Positions 1-12,440 of a DNA stretch of 64,000 nucleotides are shown here, piece after piece. Numbering within the stretch: the first letter of the stretch is position 1; each line of letters begins with the position of its first letter. The stretch covers positions 384,400,001 through 384,464,000 of the forward strand of contig OZ024740.1 of assembly GCA_964016885.1 (NCBI GenBank). Reading direction: 5' to 3'. The notes beneath the pieces were generated by a model. That model was not told the DNA's origin and did no database searches. It saw only the letters and a program-made list of their open reading frames with translations. The position numbers and the translations under genes are program-made. This stretch comes from Eledone cirrhosa (taxonomy: Eukaryota).

Positions 1-59
1 GCATTTGAGAAAAGAAGATTTTAAACTAATTAGGTATTGAGATATAGATATTAGCTGTA

Positions 60-1338
60 TACTTTATGGAAATTTCTATGGGATTTATGCAAGCAGACCG
101 AAAATAAATACGTACGTCTATTCATTATAGAATTAAAATTAAAAAGAGGGCGGTGGATTGGCAGTATCGGTAGAGGGTCGGACGCCATGCTTTCCAGCAT
201 AGTTACGTCCCTTTACGATCTGAGTTCAAATCCCGCCGAGGTTGACTTTGCCTTTCATCCTTACGGGGTCGATAAAATAAAGTACCAGTAATACACTGGG
301 TAATTGCTGGCCTTGTGCCTAAAGTAGAAACAATTATAGAATTAAAATTAGATATAATGGTAATTTTCTCGATTAGGCAGAGATTACATGTTCTGGATAG
401 GGAAGAATTCTGGTAAGGAAAGCCGTTGCAAACCTTCCCACAAGAGATGTTATAGTTAATATTTTTGTCTTTTAAGGAGCATATGAGTTCCGAGAGTGCC
501 GTGTTGGTTCTTTTGAGTTGGTATTTAAAAGACGAATTGTGATTATAAAATCTTGCTTTAAAGGAAGTGGAAGTGGAACCGAAATAGGTAAACTAATTAG
601 TACCAGTTATAACCTTACATTCATACACTATATGTTTATCAAGACATTGGTTATTAAGACGACATTTAGTTCTAACAGAGCAATTACAATTACGATTAGA
701 GAAATTAATGAGTTATTAACAAGTGATCTAGTATTATTTATAGAAGGAATTGGATTGGAGAAATTATTTACGATAGGAACTATAGTTTCCTGCTTTAGAT
801 TGGTGTTATGAACATTCAACGAAGTTACGTTTGACGTCGTATTTAAATTTTCTGAATCTAGCCTAGAGTTAACATTGACGTCGGGTTTACTATTGCTAAT
901 AATATGACGCTCAGTGTTGGATGGATATAATTTATTATTTAATATTTTATTATTGTGTTTAGAGAGAATGTTAGAGATGTTGGAAGTGGTGGAATAAGAG
1001 AATTTGATTGTATGTTTGTTAAAGATCTTACTATAGATATGCGAGGGAGGGAAGCATTTATCTAAGGCCCTAAAGAATAGTTTAGGAATATTACTAGTAA
1101 TAGATAGAGAAAAATGAGCATTATACCAAATCATATTTTTGTATCTAGGTCTTTTATTTAAGTTATTGGAATGTTCCTAATTAACTATATTACTTTAAGT
1201 TCTTCGATGATTGGTTTCTATACTGTATATAATTTTATCAGGATAACCGGCTTTGGAAAGCGCATTATTATAGTAATTGGCATTAGCGTCGAAGATAACT
1301 TTATTAGAGGATAGATTTGAGATTCTTTTTTCAATATA
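60..1338 (-). mobile_element. Penelope-like element fragment (RT C-terminal/linker + GIY-YIG endonuclease), decayed, interrupted by a SINE
   Basis: Minus-strand translation gives KRISNLSSNKVIFDANANYYNNALSKAGY, then IWYN..S..NI.KLF..LDKCFP..KIFNKHTIKFSYS (ORF 628-1134). After a frameshift it reads CNCSVRTKCRLNNQCLDKHIVYECKV..*FTYFGST..FKARFYNH..CNLCLIEK, typical PLE linker and GIY-YIG motifs. Contains a stop and frameshifts; ends approximate. Confidence 0.85.
149..337 (+). mobile_element. tRNA-derived SINE (main family, full length)
   Basis: 5' GGCGGTGGATTGGCAGTATCGGTAG (A-box-like), GAGTTCAAATCC (B-box), central GCCTTTCATCCTTACGGGGTCGATAAAATAAAGTACC, 3' GTAGAAACAATTAT. 18-bp TSD ATTATAGAATTAAAATTA at 124-141 and 333-350. 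Confidence 0.92.
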
Positions 1339-1339
1339 G

Positions 1340-3375
1340 ATATATTTATTAAAAAACAGATTAAAGTTTAATCAAAGAATCGCTGCTTTCACCCTTAACG
1401 GGATCTTCTGAAACTAAAAAAATCAATCTGTGAACGCAGAAGTAAATATTTCGAAAAACGTTGCAACCGAAGGAAGACAGAAAGACGATACTTTGGTTCG
1501 TGGAAACGTTCCCTGGCAAAGAACGGAAAAAAACGAAGATAATACGTCATAATTAGGAGCGGTGAAAACAATTACACGCATAGACAAAACCATGTTTATA
1601 GTATAAATGAAATATATTAGGTGGTTCGTGGAGACGTTCTCTGGCAATGAACCGAAAAAGCGAAGTGATACGATCATACCCTCGGCTACTGGGGTCCAAC
1701 AAGGCGACCCTTTGAGACCCCTCCTGTTCGCCCTTGTTATTGACCCATCGCCCGGAGTATCACGGCCCCTCTCAACGTTTGGTATATGGATGATGCTACG
1801 TTGGGCGAGCCCGTACGTACGGTCTGCCATGACCTTCAATCGGCGGTTACTGCCCTCGGGGGAAGGGCCTCCTTGTCAACTGAGCCAGGTCCATCCTCGG
1901 GTCACCGATCCACCCGCCGGCCATCCACTCCACTCTCGGGTCCAGGATTCAACAGCTTCAGACTCTCACGATCCGACTGGGCTTGATTGACGGCCAACCA
2001 GCCCCTCTTTCTGCTGAGGAACTGCTTCGCCATGCCGAAGCTCCTCTATACATTGCGCAGACCTCCATGCTACAGCCAGACATCGCTCCTCGCTGACCTC
2101 GATACTTGTATCCGAGCAGCAGCCGAGAGGATATGCAACGTCAAGTTTGACGACATAGGGTGGCAACAGGCCACTTTACCGGTCAGTTATGGCGGCCTTG
2201 GCCTCCGGTCCCCGATCTCACTACCTTTGCCGGCGTATCTTTCGTCTGTAATCTCGTGCTGCGTCCTCGTCAGCAGGGTTCTTCAAAACACAACAGAACC
2301 CTCTGTGTTCAGAGAACGTGAAGCCGCCTGTTAGACGTGGGACCGGCTGGGACTTAGCCCAGTAAACGTCCCTCCTCCTTCTCCTCCTGTTGACGTCAAG
2401 TCTCCCCAACGCACTTGGGATGCCATGCAGTGCAGCCTGGCCTCAGACAGGATCACGCGCCAATTCGACCTGCAGCGCCTTGCTTGTTTTCGTGCGTCCT
2501 CCAAACCCCACAGTGGTGCGTGGCTCCATGCCCTGCCCTCCTCTCCACTGGCACGCAGCTAGACAACCATAGCCTGCGAATCGGCGTTTCCCTGAGACTC
2601 AGCCTCCGGATCTGCCAGCCACACCAATATCGCTGCGGTTCCACCGTTGACTCTTTCGGCCTACACCCGCTTTCCTGTCGCCACAGTGCCGGCCGCATTC
2701 CACGCCATGCTGCCCTCAACGAGGTCATTAAGAATGGCTTGGACGCTTCAGGCTACCCTTCCCAGCTCGAGCCGGTGGTGCTGGATCGAGGGGACGGCAA
2801 AAATCCAGATGGCATGACCATCTTCCCGTTTTGCTGTGGAAAACCCCTCGTCTGGGATGCCACTTGCACCGACACTTTCTGCAGCCGCAACCTGGTGCAT
2901 TCTGCGACTGACCCAGGTTCTGCTGCACGTCGGACTGAGGGGGCCAAACTCCTCAAATACCGGTCGCTCTCCGACAGGTTTGCGGTCGTACCCCTGGCAG
3001 TGGAGACGTCTGGTGTCATCGGACCCAGGGCCACCTCCTTACTCACCACCATAGGCGCTGATCTGGCCAGCCACAAGTGTGAGCCTCGCCAGTTGGAGTG
3101 GCTTATCCAGCGCGTCGCTCTTACCGTCCTTCGGGAAACGCCTTCTCAATTCTGTCCACCGGGGCAGTGGGTGGGACACATTGCGTACCAATACACTAGT
3201 TAATTACCATTCTTTCATCTGATATATATATATTTCTTTTAATAGGTCATTGTGTAGAGCGATGAGAACAATTACACGCAAAGACAAAACCACGTTTATC
3301 GTATAACTGAAGTCGTAGACTAAAATTCTATTTAGGAAACCGAATGATACTCGGCTTCAGAGTTAAGATTAATGT

Positions 3376-3380
<5 letters not shown>
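1340..3380. repeat. Dispersed non-coding repeat, copy 1 (1340-1677 + 3241-3380), split by the CRE-like insertion; probably a PLE terminal-repeat/UTR segment
   Basis: Colinear similarity to 4815-5297. Internal ~130-bp tandem subunit (GGTTCGTGGAAACGTTCCCTGGCAA...ACAATTACACGCA.AGACAAAACCACG). Abuts a PLE fragment. Confidence 0.75.
1678..3232 (+). mobile_element. 5'-truncated CRE-clade non-LTR retrotransposon (RT + restriction-like endonuclease), frameshifted
   Basis: GC-rich island. Motifs across frames: GVQQGDPLRPLLF, WYMDDATLG, LLRNCFAMPKLLYTLR, QATLPVSYGGLGLR, GAWLHALP, HPLSC..RH zinc knuckle, RGDGKNPDGMT..LVWDAT, K..KY, PLAVETSG. Confidence 0.88.
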
Positions 3381-3980
<600 letters not shown>

Positions 3981-3985
<5 letters not shown>

Positions 3986-4316
3986 ATATATTAACAAATG
4001 GAAACTATATTTATAAAACCATATTTATTTCATTATACATATTTCAAGGGCCACCAAGGCAAATTATGGTGCGCTTTCAAAAGATAAAATATAATATAGG
4101 TTAGTTTTATAAATAAATATTGACATACCCTGAAAAAATGCAAATATTCTGGTTGGAATCTCCTGGATAGTTTCAGGGTATGTCAATATATATTAAACAA
4201 TATTATATTTTATCTGATGAAAGCGCATAATAATTTGCCTTGGTGGCCCTTGAAATGTGTATAATGAAATAAATATGGTTTTATAAATATAGTTTCCATT
4301 TGTTATTATATTGTAT
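3981..4316. mobile_element. Fold-back (long inverted repeat) element, ~150-bp arms and ~35-nt spacer, carrying a hammerhead motif
   Basis: AACAAATGGAAACTATATTTATAAAACC...TTGACATACCCTGAAA (to 4135) is the reverse complement of TTTCAGGGTATGTCAA (from 4171)...GGTTTTATAAATATAGTTTCCATTTGTT. Confidence 0.9.
4207..4270 (+). ncRNA. Type I hammerhead ribozyme motif
   Basis: Stem I AUUUUAU/AUGAAAU; CUGAUGA (4214-4220); stem II AAG(C)GC/GCCCUU; GAAA (4252-4255); minimal stem III AUG-UG-UAU; predicted cleavage after AUA (4263). Confidence 0.7.
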
Positions 4317-4436
4317 ATATATATGTATATTGTATATTTACTCCAATAATTTGTTGAATGCTTTATATCAGTTAAAAAATATTTTGCTTGTTGTATCCCG
4401 ACAAATTAAATATAACCTCTACATATATATTTATAT

Positions 4437-4602
4437 ATATCGCAGATAAAAGAAAATCAGTGTTGCGACGAAAGCAATTTATTGGACATATTACAATTGA
4501 TCACCACATCGATCGTGCCTCGAGCTGGTTGCCCGAGAAACAATTGTAATATGTCCAATAAATTCCTTTCGTCGCAACACTGATTCACTCTTTTCTGCGA
4601 TA
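4437..4602. repeat. Fold-back element, ~63-bp arms, ~41-nt spacer
   Basis: ATATCGCAGA..AATCAGTGTTGCGACGAAAG.AATTTATTGGACATATTACAATTG is mirrored from 4541 to 4602. Confidence 0.88.
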
Positions 4603-4689
4603 TCATACTCTGCTCTATGAGGGCATCGCGTGCTCATACGGCCTACCGCGTACGGACGCTTTAAGCATCCAACAACAATTATATATATG

Positions 4690-4751
<62 letters not shown>

Positions 4752-4814
4752 TAAATTTGAAGACTAAAATCCAATGAGGGCTCAATAAAGATAAATATAT
4801 ATAAGAACCGTAGA

Positions 4815-5297
4815 GCAAATATTTATTAAAATAACAGATTAAAGTTTAAGCAAAGAATCGCAGCTTTCATCCTTAACGGATCTTCTGAAACTAACAAAGT
4901 CAAATTGTGAACGCAGAAGTGAATATTTCAAAAAACGTAGCAACCGGAGGAAGTCAGGAAGACGATACTTTAGTTCGTGGAAACGTTCCCTGGCAAAGAA
5001 CAGGAAAAAACTAATATAATATGTCATTATTTGGAGCGGTGAAAAACAATTACACGCAAAAACAAAACCACGTTTATGGTATAAAAGAAGTCGTAGACTA
5101 ATATTCTATTAGGTGGTTCATAGAGACGTTCTCTGGCAATGAACGGAAACAACGAAGATAATACGTCATATGTGGAGCGTGAGAACAATTGCACGCAAAG
5201 ACAAAACCACGTAAATGGTATAACTGAAGTCATAGAATACAATTCTAACTAGGAAACCGAATGATTCTCGGCTTCAGAGTTAAGAATAAAGTAAATA
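4815..5297. repeat. Dispersed repeat, copy 2 (uninterrupted paralogue of 1340-3380)
   Basis: Colinear similarity with 1340-1677 and 3241-3380, without the CRE insert. Confidence 0.8.
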
Positions 5298-5464
5298 AAA
5301 TACAGAGGTAAATGAAATTAAATAGATACTTACACGCATCCATTACGTACATACACAAGCATACGCGAAAACACTCGCCATAGGTATACAAATACACGCA
5401 CGTACACAAAAAAAAACCGCACTCACATACAGAACCCACGCGAGCCTGTACCCGCACGCATCGA

Positions 5465-5839
5465 ATGTATACACCAAATACACATAAAAATATATATAAA
5501 AATAACCAAAATCCCAATAATAACCCAAACAATATTCAATTAAATAACTGTAACTGTAGAAATAAATCTAAATGTCCGTTAAATTGCTTAGTTAAAAATA
5601 TAATATACAATTGTAATGTTAAAACTAACTTAAATTCTTTCAACTATGTTGGTACCACCGCGACAGAATTTAAACTTCGCTTCAATAATCATAAGAATTC
5701 TTTCACAGATCCAAACAAAAAATCTTCAACTTCACTATCAGGCTTACTCTGGCAACTTAAACGTGATAACGTTGGGTATTCGATGTTTTGGAATATTGTC
5801 TCAAGAGGGATTCCTTTTAATTCCTCATCTGAGACATAA
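5465..5839 (+). mobile_element. Penelope-like element GIY-YIG endonuclease fragment
   Basis: CNCRNKSKCPLNCLVKNIIYNCNV..YVGTTATEFKLRFNNHKNSF..TSLSGLLWQLK..WNIV. Confidence 0.85.
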
Positions 5840-7512
5840 ATATAAATTTAAAATGTAGTATAATTAATTAAGAAATTTAATTAATCTTTGAAACCTGACG
5901 ATAAAGTTTCGATTCCTTCAACTTTTTCTTTTAAACCTTCTTCATAAATATAAACAAATGATGTAATTAAACTACTCTAAAATGTAGATGCTCCCAATGT
6001 ATTAAATAAATTTTACGCAAGATAAATTTCTATACTAAATATAAGAGCATCCGTAGAACCACAGGGTCTTCTAAATCCTTTAAATGATTTTCGTTAAATA
6101 TTTTTTGGTTTTTTATTTGCTTTTTTATTCTGATTGCTTCTAAGGAACTTTGCAATATATTGTCTGGAAAATTGGAAGGATAGATTTCTGTGGTAAATAT
6201 ATGATGCATACTGTTTTTTTTGTGGCCTGAGATACCCTAGGGTGTGTTGAAAATATTTTAACGTTTTGATATTTCTGTGCTGATATATTGATATCTGGTT
6301 ATCTCTATGCAAAGGCCATATGTATTAACATGCATATGGAAAGATTACAGAGTATATTTTATCTGTTCATGTGCCTGTATGTGTGCATAGAGATGCTGGA
6401 ACACTCACGCAGATATCTTATATATACATATATATGTATATGTATATGTAGGTATAGTTCTCTATATGTTACAGATATGCATAATATTATATACATGAAC
6501 GATAATCATATGTGTGAGGGCATGAATATTAATCGTTTATTTTTTAAGTATATATATATAGTGAAATTTTTTATAACACAAGGAAATTTTTTTTTTTTTA
6601 TGAAACAAGAAATTATAGAGTTGATCACGTAAAGTCATGTGTATGTCTATATTATCAACTAGAGCTTCACATAACTTTCTCTTTTTTTTCAGAAAGTGCA
6701 TATACGTATATATAAATATACATATATATCTCCGTATTTTTATAAATAGGGTAATTTTTTGAAGATTTATCTCAGATTTTGGTACATTGACCTCAGAGTT
6801 TTAAACTAAACATATGGTCATTATTGAGCAAAATTATTACACACATTATATATCTATGTCTCATTCATGAATATTGATATTTACATTATATTACCCAGTT
6901 CATATGAATTGATAATTCAAATTGATAGGACATGACGTAAAAATGTAACTCTATCATCCCTCTCTCTAGATATAACTCTTTCTTCTCCTCTCTCTTTATA
7001 TATGATGAAGTTTATGTATCTATCGCTTTGACTTTGCCTCTCATGTTTCTCTCTTATTTCTCTCTTGGTTTTCACCTCCCCCTATATAATTATTATTATT
7101 TTTCTCCCTCTTTCTTTTCCTCCAACCTCTCCCTCTCTCTCTCTGTTTTATCTTCATCTCCATTTTTTTCTTTCTCTCCGTCTCTTCTCTAACTGTGGCT
7201 AACACTATAACTAAATAATTACCGTACTCCCTCCCTCTTAAATCTCTATTTGTATGGTGAATTATTATTATTCATCTGTTGCCTTCGGTTGCCTCTCTTT
7301 TTTCACCTCCTCCATCTTTCTCTCTCCCCTATTTCTCTCTATTTCTCTCTGTTTTTCTTTACATACATTTCTTCTTTCTCTCCGTCTTTCCTTCTAACTG
7401 TGCTTAACACTAAATATTTATAAACACTTCACTACCAAGCCAGCCTCCTACTTTAATGGTCGCTTATATTTATGGTACGTTAAAATTATTTATAAAACTG
7501 TTTATATATTGT

Positions 7513-7576
7513 ATTTTATCTGACGAAGGCATGCCATATTTTTAATATGGTATCCCTGAAATATGTATAGTGAAAT
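7513..7576 (+). ncRNA. Type I hammerhead ribozyme motif, inside a single-arm relative (~7490-7622) of the 3981-4316 element
   Basis: Stem I AUUUUAU/GUGAAAU; CUGACGA (7520-7526); long stem II AGG(C)AUGCCAUAUU/AAUAUGGUAU(C)CCU; GAAA; stem III AUA-UG-UAU; cleavage after A7569; followed by AATAAA and (TA)n. Confidence 0.78.
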
Positions 7577-7618
7577 AAATATGGTTTTATAAATATAGTT
7601 TCCATTTGTTTAATATCG

Positions 7619-7701
<83 letters not shown>

Positions 7702-8119
7702 CTGTGTGCGTGTATGCATATAATCAAATAAACGTATATAAATAAATAAATACGTATATAACAAGCGCACACACATACTTAGATGTAAATACACTTATGT
7801 TCGGAGACCTGCGTCAACCAAAACACTAAGTACACATATACACACACTCTACATACCTACGAACCTGCATACTCACACAGACGCAAATCTCACGTATACA
7901 CATAACCAAAAGCATATGTTCCAGAAAAAATAATATATACGCCATAACATATACAATCAATTATTCGTACGAGAAAGTATACGTACCTTCACAAAACTTG
8001 CAGGTAATATATACTTACCTATACAAATAAGTAATGGTATAAACATAACATATACTTAGCTACCACATCAAGACGTAAAATATCCGCATATAGTTCGTAC
8101 TATCCGTTAGGATATAATG

Positions 8120-8808
8120 TGGGGCTGTAATACAGGAAAGTTTTGTCAAATTTATGTTTACAAGCCGAAATTGCCTCAGATTTTTGTTTAAGATGTGGTC
8201 TTTGGCGTAGAGTATTTCCAGGGCCTCAGGGCGCAGAGGTCACATGGTATTTTATTTCCGTTATACGATCTAGCCCTAGCTAGGATCTCCCAGTGTAAGT
8301 TATATTGGGTGTGGTCGTCTTTTAGACTCCAGATATAAGCTGAAAGTGACGTCATATTCCTTCTTAAAGGGTAAGGAAATGAATGGGTATGCACGTAGAG
8401 ATGCTGCTTGAATCCATTGGCGGTTAACCCTATGTAGGCCCTACGGGACGTGGGTGTTTCAACCTTACATTTGTAGACAATGTTTCTAGAAAGGCATTTC
8501 CCGGATAGGGGGTAGTCAACCCGATTCCTACAATTACAGTTAGTACTAACTACAGGGTTGCACGTGTTCCTACGGCTAGGTAATTTAGGTAAATTTGAAG
8601 CTGTGATGTTATGTGCAAGGATAGGAGTCGTAGAGTAAGACATTTTAATAGTATTTCTATTAAAAATTTTACTATATTTATGTGTAGGGGGAAAATGCTT
8701 CATAATAAGGGAGAGAAAGATCTTAGCTAATGATGTGGTCACCTCCATATTATATGGTGGGTTATACCATATAATGCGTCGGGATCTATTTCTTCTAGGT
8801 CTATTCTC

Positions 8809-8810
<2 letters not shown>
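8120..8810 (-). mobile_element. 5'-truncated Penelope-like element (linker + GIY-YIG)
   Basis: RRIIWYNPPY..KIFLSLIMKHFP..KIFNRNTIKMSYS..CNCRNR..PLSGKCLSRNIVYKCKV..AYIGLT..FKQ..H..TSLSAYIWSLK..WEIL..CDLC; abuts (TA)n at ~8813-8897. Confidence 0.88.
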
Positions 8811-8899
<89 letters not shown>

Positions 8900-9206
8900 C
8901 CGGCTCGTGTTCATTCTAAATAAGAAACCACAACCTATATATAGGCATAGTATACCTCATTACGGGCAAAATGATGTAATATATTTTAAATCACTGGTAT
9001 TGTGCGCAACAGCAGAATGATTGCCGTTCTTTTCTATTTGTTCTAGGACTTTTTGTTTTTCTTTCCCTTTTCACTTTTCAATTCAAACTTCATTTTTTTA
9101 TTGAACATTTTTTTTAATATGTATTTTTTTAATCTACCAGATAAATACATAGTTATACATGTAGCTTATTGCTTTTAGAGATGGCGTGAAATTGAATGAA
9201 TACGAT

Positions 9207-9208
<2 letters not shown>

Positions 9209-9275
<67 letters not shown>

Positions 9276-9285
9276 ATGTGTGTGT

Positions 9286-9341
<56 letters not shown>

Positions 9342-9367
9342 TGGCAACATGAACCTCCCAAAGTATT

Positions 9368-9404
<37 letters not shown>

Positions 9405-9420
9405 GTGTGTGTATGTATGC
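9209..9420. repeat. (TA)n/(TG)n compound microsatellite with an embedded 30-nt unique motif
   Basis: Directly visible. Confidence 0.95.
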
Positions 9421-11559
9421 GTATGTGCAGTTTTGAATGCAGTTCACAAATATTATAGCCAGCGGGCGAATACAACCGGATTAACTTTGCGTTTACTATA
9501 GTTATTTCGAAGTACAAAAATATATAGTATATATTTATCAGTTATTTATTACTTAAATTATATTTTATATGGAATAGTCCATTTTGTAAATATAACCACA
9601 CATATTTAGTCTCGATGTGTAAATTATTTTGGATTATGTAATCACTTGTATAGTAACAGAAATATTACGATTTCAATTTCTGCTCTTTGAATCGACTCAG
9701 GCCCAAGATGGTTAAAGCACACTCCGATCTGTTCATGTGTCTGCATCTTGTTTATATTTCGTTACCAGCAACCTGGCGTCAAATTAGCGAAAACCAAAGG
9801 ATGTCGTGGTTAATTATATGGTGCATTATATATTAGCATATAAAGTATTGTGTATGCAATTACCATTAACCTTTTTCTGGTGATTATTTTGTGTAGAATA
9901 CAACGCATTTTGCAAAAAAATTACATTTGTTTACAGATTAAAAAAAAGTCACACACGAAAAGTCACACACGAAAGTCACACACATGAACTAAAACTTAGG
10001 TTCAGTTATTAAGAAAGAAATGATTTACAAATAGACATGAATGAGCGGTAGAAGTCAACTAAGGAAGGCTTTCTCTAGCAAGAGTGTGAAGGTCGTGGAT
10101 AGATTGGATCGGTAGATACATTCAGAGTAATTGCGTTCGTCACTCGTATCTAGTCAATATCTATTTTGTCCTTTTCATCTCTTCACATACTTCCCCTTCC
10201 TTCTTCGTCTCTTTCTTTTTTCATTGTTTCTTGCTTTGTTATTTGTTTCTGATATTGTCCCTACTATTGGTGATGCCGGCTACTGTTGTCTGCTTTATGT
10301 TATTTATGATTAGAATAGACATCCCTTATGTTGCCTGTCTTCCAATGGGTGTAGAAACTATGTAAAACAGATTGCAAGTTTCGTTGACATAACTGGCACG
10401 TGTGTGGGCTTAAGAAGTTTCCTTTGCAACATGTTGGCCATCATCCTGCATGTGGAATTTGCTAGACGGAAGCTCATCTTGTCCGGAAGAACTCAAATTG
10501 TGTTTGCTCTCAACAACGCCAATCTTGTTTCCGTTGACTCAACACACATAACGGGACACATCTCCAAAATATTCTTTTGTGCTGAGAGCAGAAAATAAAT
10601 TATTGGTCCATGATGTCCCACCCGACTGCATGCGACTACTTCCTAATTTCACACTAATTAGCTAACTGTATTATTTTAAAAAGGCCAAAATTGGCCAGGT
10701 GTCGATGTCCCCTTCTTTGCTCCTGATTTTCACTTTTATATTCCGTTGCTCCATATACTGAGACACAAGCTAATGGGTGAATCTTTCAAACATTATTTCT
10801 GCCCAATTCTGGGCTTCAGCCTCGGTCACGAAATACAGAGTGTTACATAAGATTTCTTATATTTTCTCTAATATATCAGCTCACATAACTGCCACAAAGT
10901 TTTTTCTTCCCTTTGCTAAAGAAAAATTGATTAGCTTTATAACTACATGCTTCTGTATATATAATTTAGGTTTTTAAATATAAATACTTTCATAATGATA
11001 TTCCCACTTTTCAGTTTTCAACACTAATTTCCCCATATTCAATTGTTGAATCCCGGAGACTATGCATGTGAGCCTGGCTCCATTATTAACCTTTTCATTT
11101 GGTGAAGTTTCTATATATCTGTGTGATCTTGTTATAAAGTATATAATAATGGATATTGTAGTTGTTGCTACCAAATGAGGTTTGAGAAATGTTCAATAAG
11201 TTGTCTCTTCCGAAACACATTAACCCCTCTGCATCCGAAAATATATTTTCAACTACGAAGCACACTCCATTGGCTTCTACGTTGTTTTACTTGAAATATC
11301 CGTCTAGTTTTCACTAGTGACATTTGTTCTGCTATTAGGACTGAACTGTTATAAATGTAGTTGGACCAAATGAATGTTTTAAAGGTCCATAGTGTGATTA
11401 TAAATGACAAAGATAAATAGACCAAAGTCTCAAGCTACAGCCAAATAACATCCCTCTACTATAGAGGATTTTACCAATTATGCTTGCAGAAATTATTTAT
11501 ATTCACCTAAAAGAAGGATGCATTCTCCCTAAAGAAAATAAAGACTTTCGGGAAGAATT

Positions 11560-12440
11560 CAATTGATCAGAAAACCATCCGTTTATTGATAAGAAACTGT
11601 AAGAGAAGCAAAATGGTTTTAGGAATGTGATGGTTTGATTATAAGAAGGTATATGATGAGTTTCTCCAATCTTGGATTTTGAAGACTCACAATGTACAGA
11701 ATTGCAATTGAAATTACTGAACTGAAAGCGGTTAGGCATGACGTGATGGAAAACAGAACTAACAGCAGTGAGGTACTTGCTTTGAGGAGACAAAATAGAT
11801 CGAGGAATATTCCAAAAGAATGACTAACGACCACTATATGGTCCTCCAACTTTAGATTTTGAAGACGCTCAAAAATGTACTGAAGTGTAGATGAAATTAC
11901 TAAAGTAAACTAAATGAACATGGCTGGATGGAGAACAGAACTAACAGAACTAACGTAGAGAAATGAAAATAAATCGAAATATTTTTCAAGGGTAGAGCTG
12001 ACTACTCATATTGTTTTTCGGATCCTCTTTCGCTTTATATGAAGAAAATATTGTAAGAAAAGACTGGAAGAGAGTGGACAGTTTCCTATTCATGGTTGGC
12101 CTAAATGCATGATGGAGAAAAAAACTCGAATTACTTGTCACCCCCGTAAGAATATTTAGTAAAGTGAAATATTTGTGATGAAGAGAGGCAAATATAATAA
12201 AGGTTACGGGATGAATTTAATAACCGAAGAGGAGATATGAAAGAGTGACACAGATGACAGATATAAACAATTTGGGAAGATGATGGTATAAAATGCGCAT
12301 TAATGTAAAATTAAATCAAGTGTGAATACCTCCGAAGGGTAAAGCAGTCATTAAATTCATTCCGAAATGAAATAAATACTTTCAGCGATATGAACTTAAG
12401 AGCAGTGTACATCGTCAGATATAGCAAAGGAATAATAAAA
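11560..12440 (+). pseudogene. Highly degenerate non-LTR RT fragment (R4/Dong-like)
   Basis: Residual motifs WFDYKKVYD (~11629), RGIFQ (~11802) and IFQG (~11981), FLFM..L (decayed LLFMDDL), YK..G, RAV.IVRYS.G; many stops; ~180-bp internal duplication. Confidence 0.55.

Noticed and set aside
149-337. tRNA gene calls at SINE heads
   Set aside because: A/B boxes are present, but each is fused to a constant SINE body with TSDs and no clean cloverleaf is evident.
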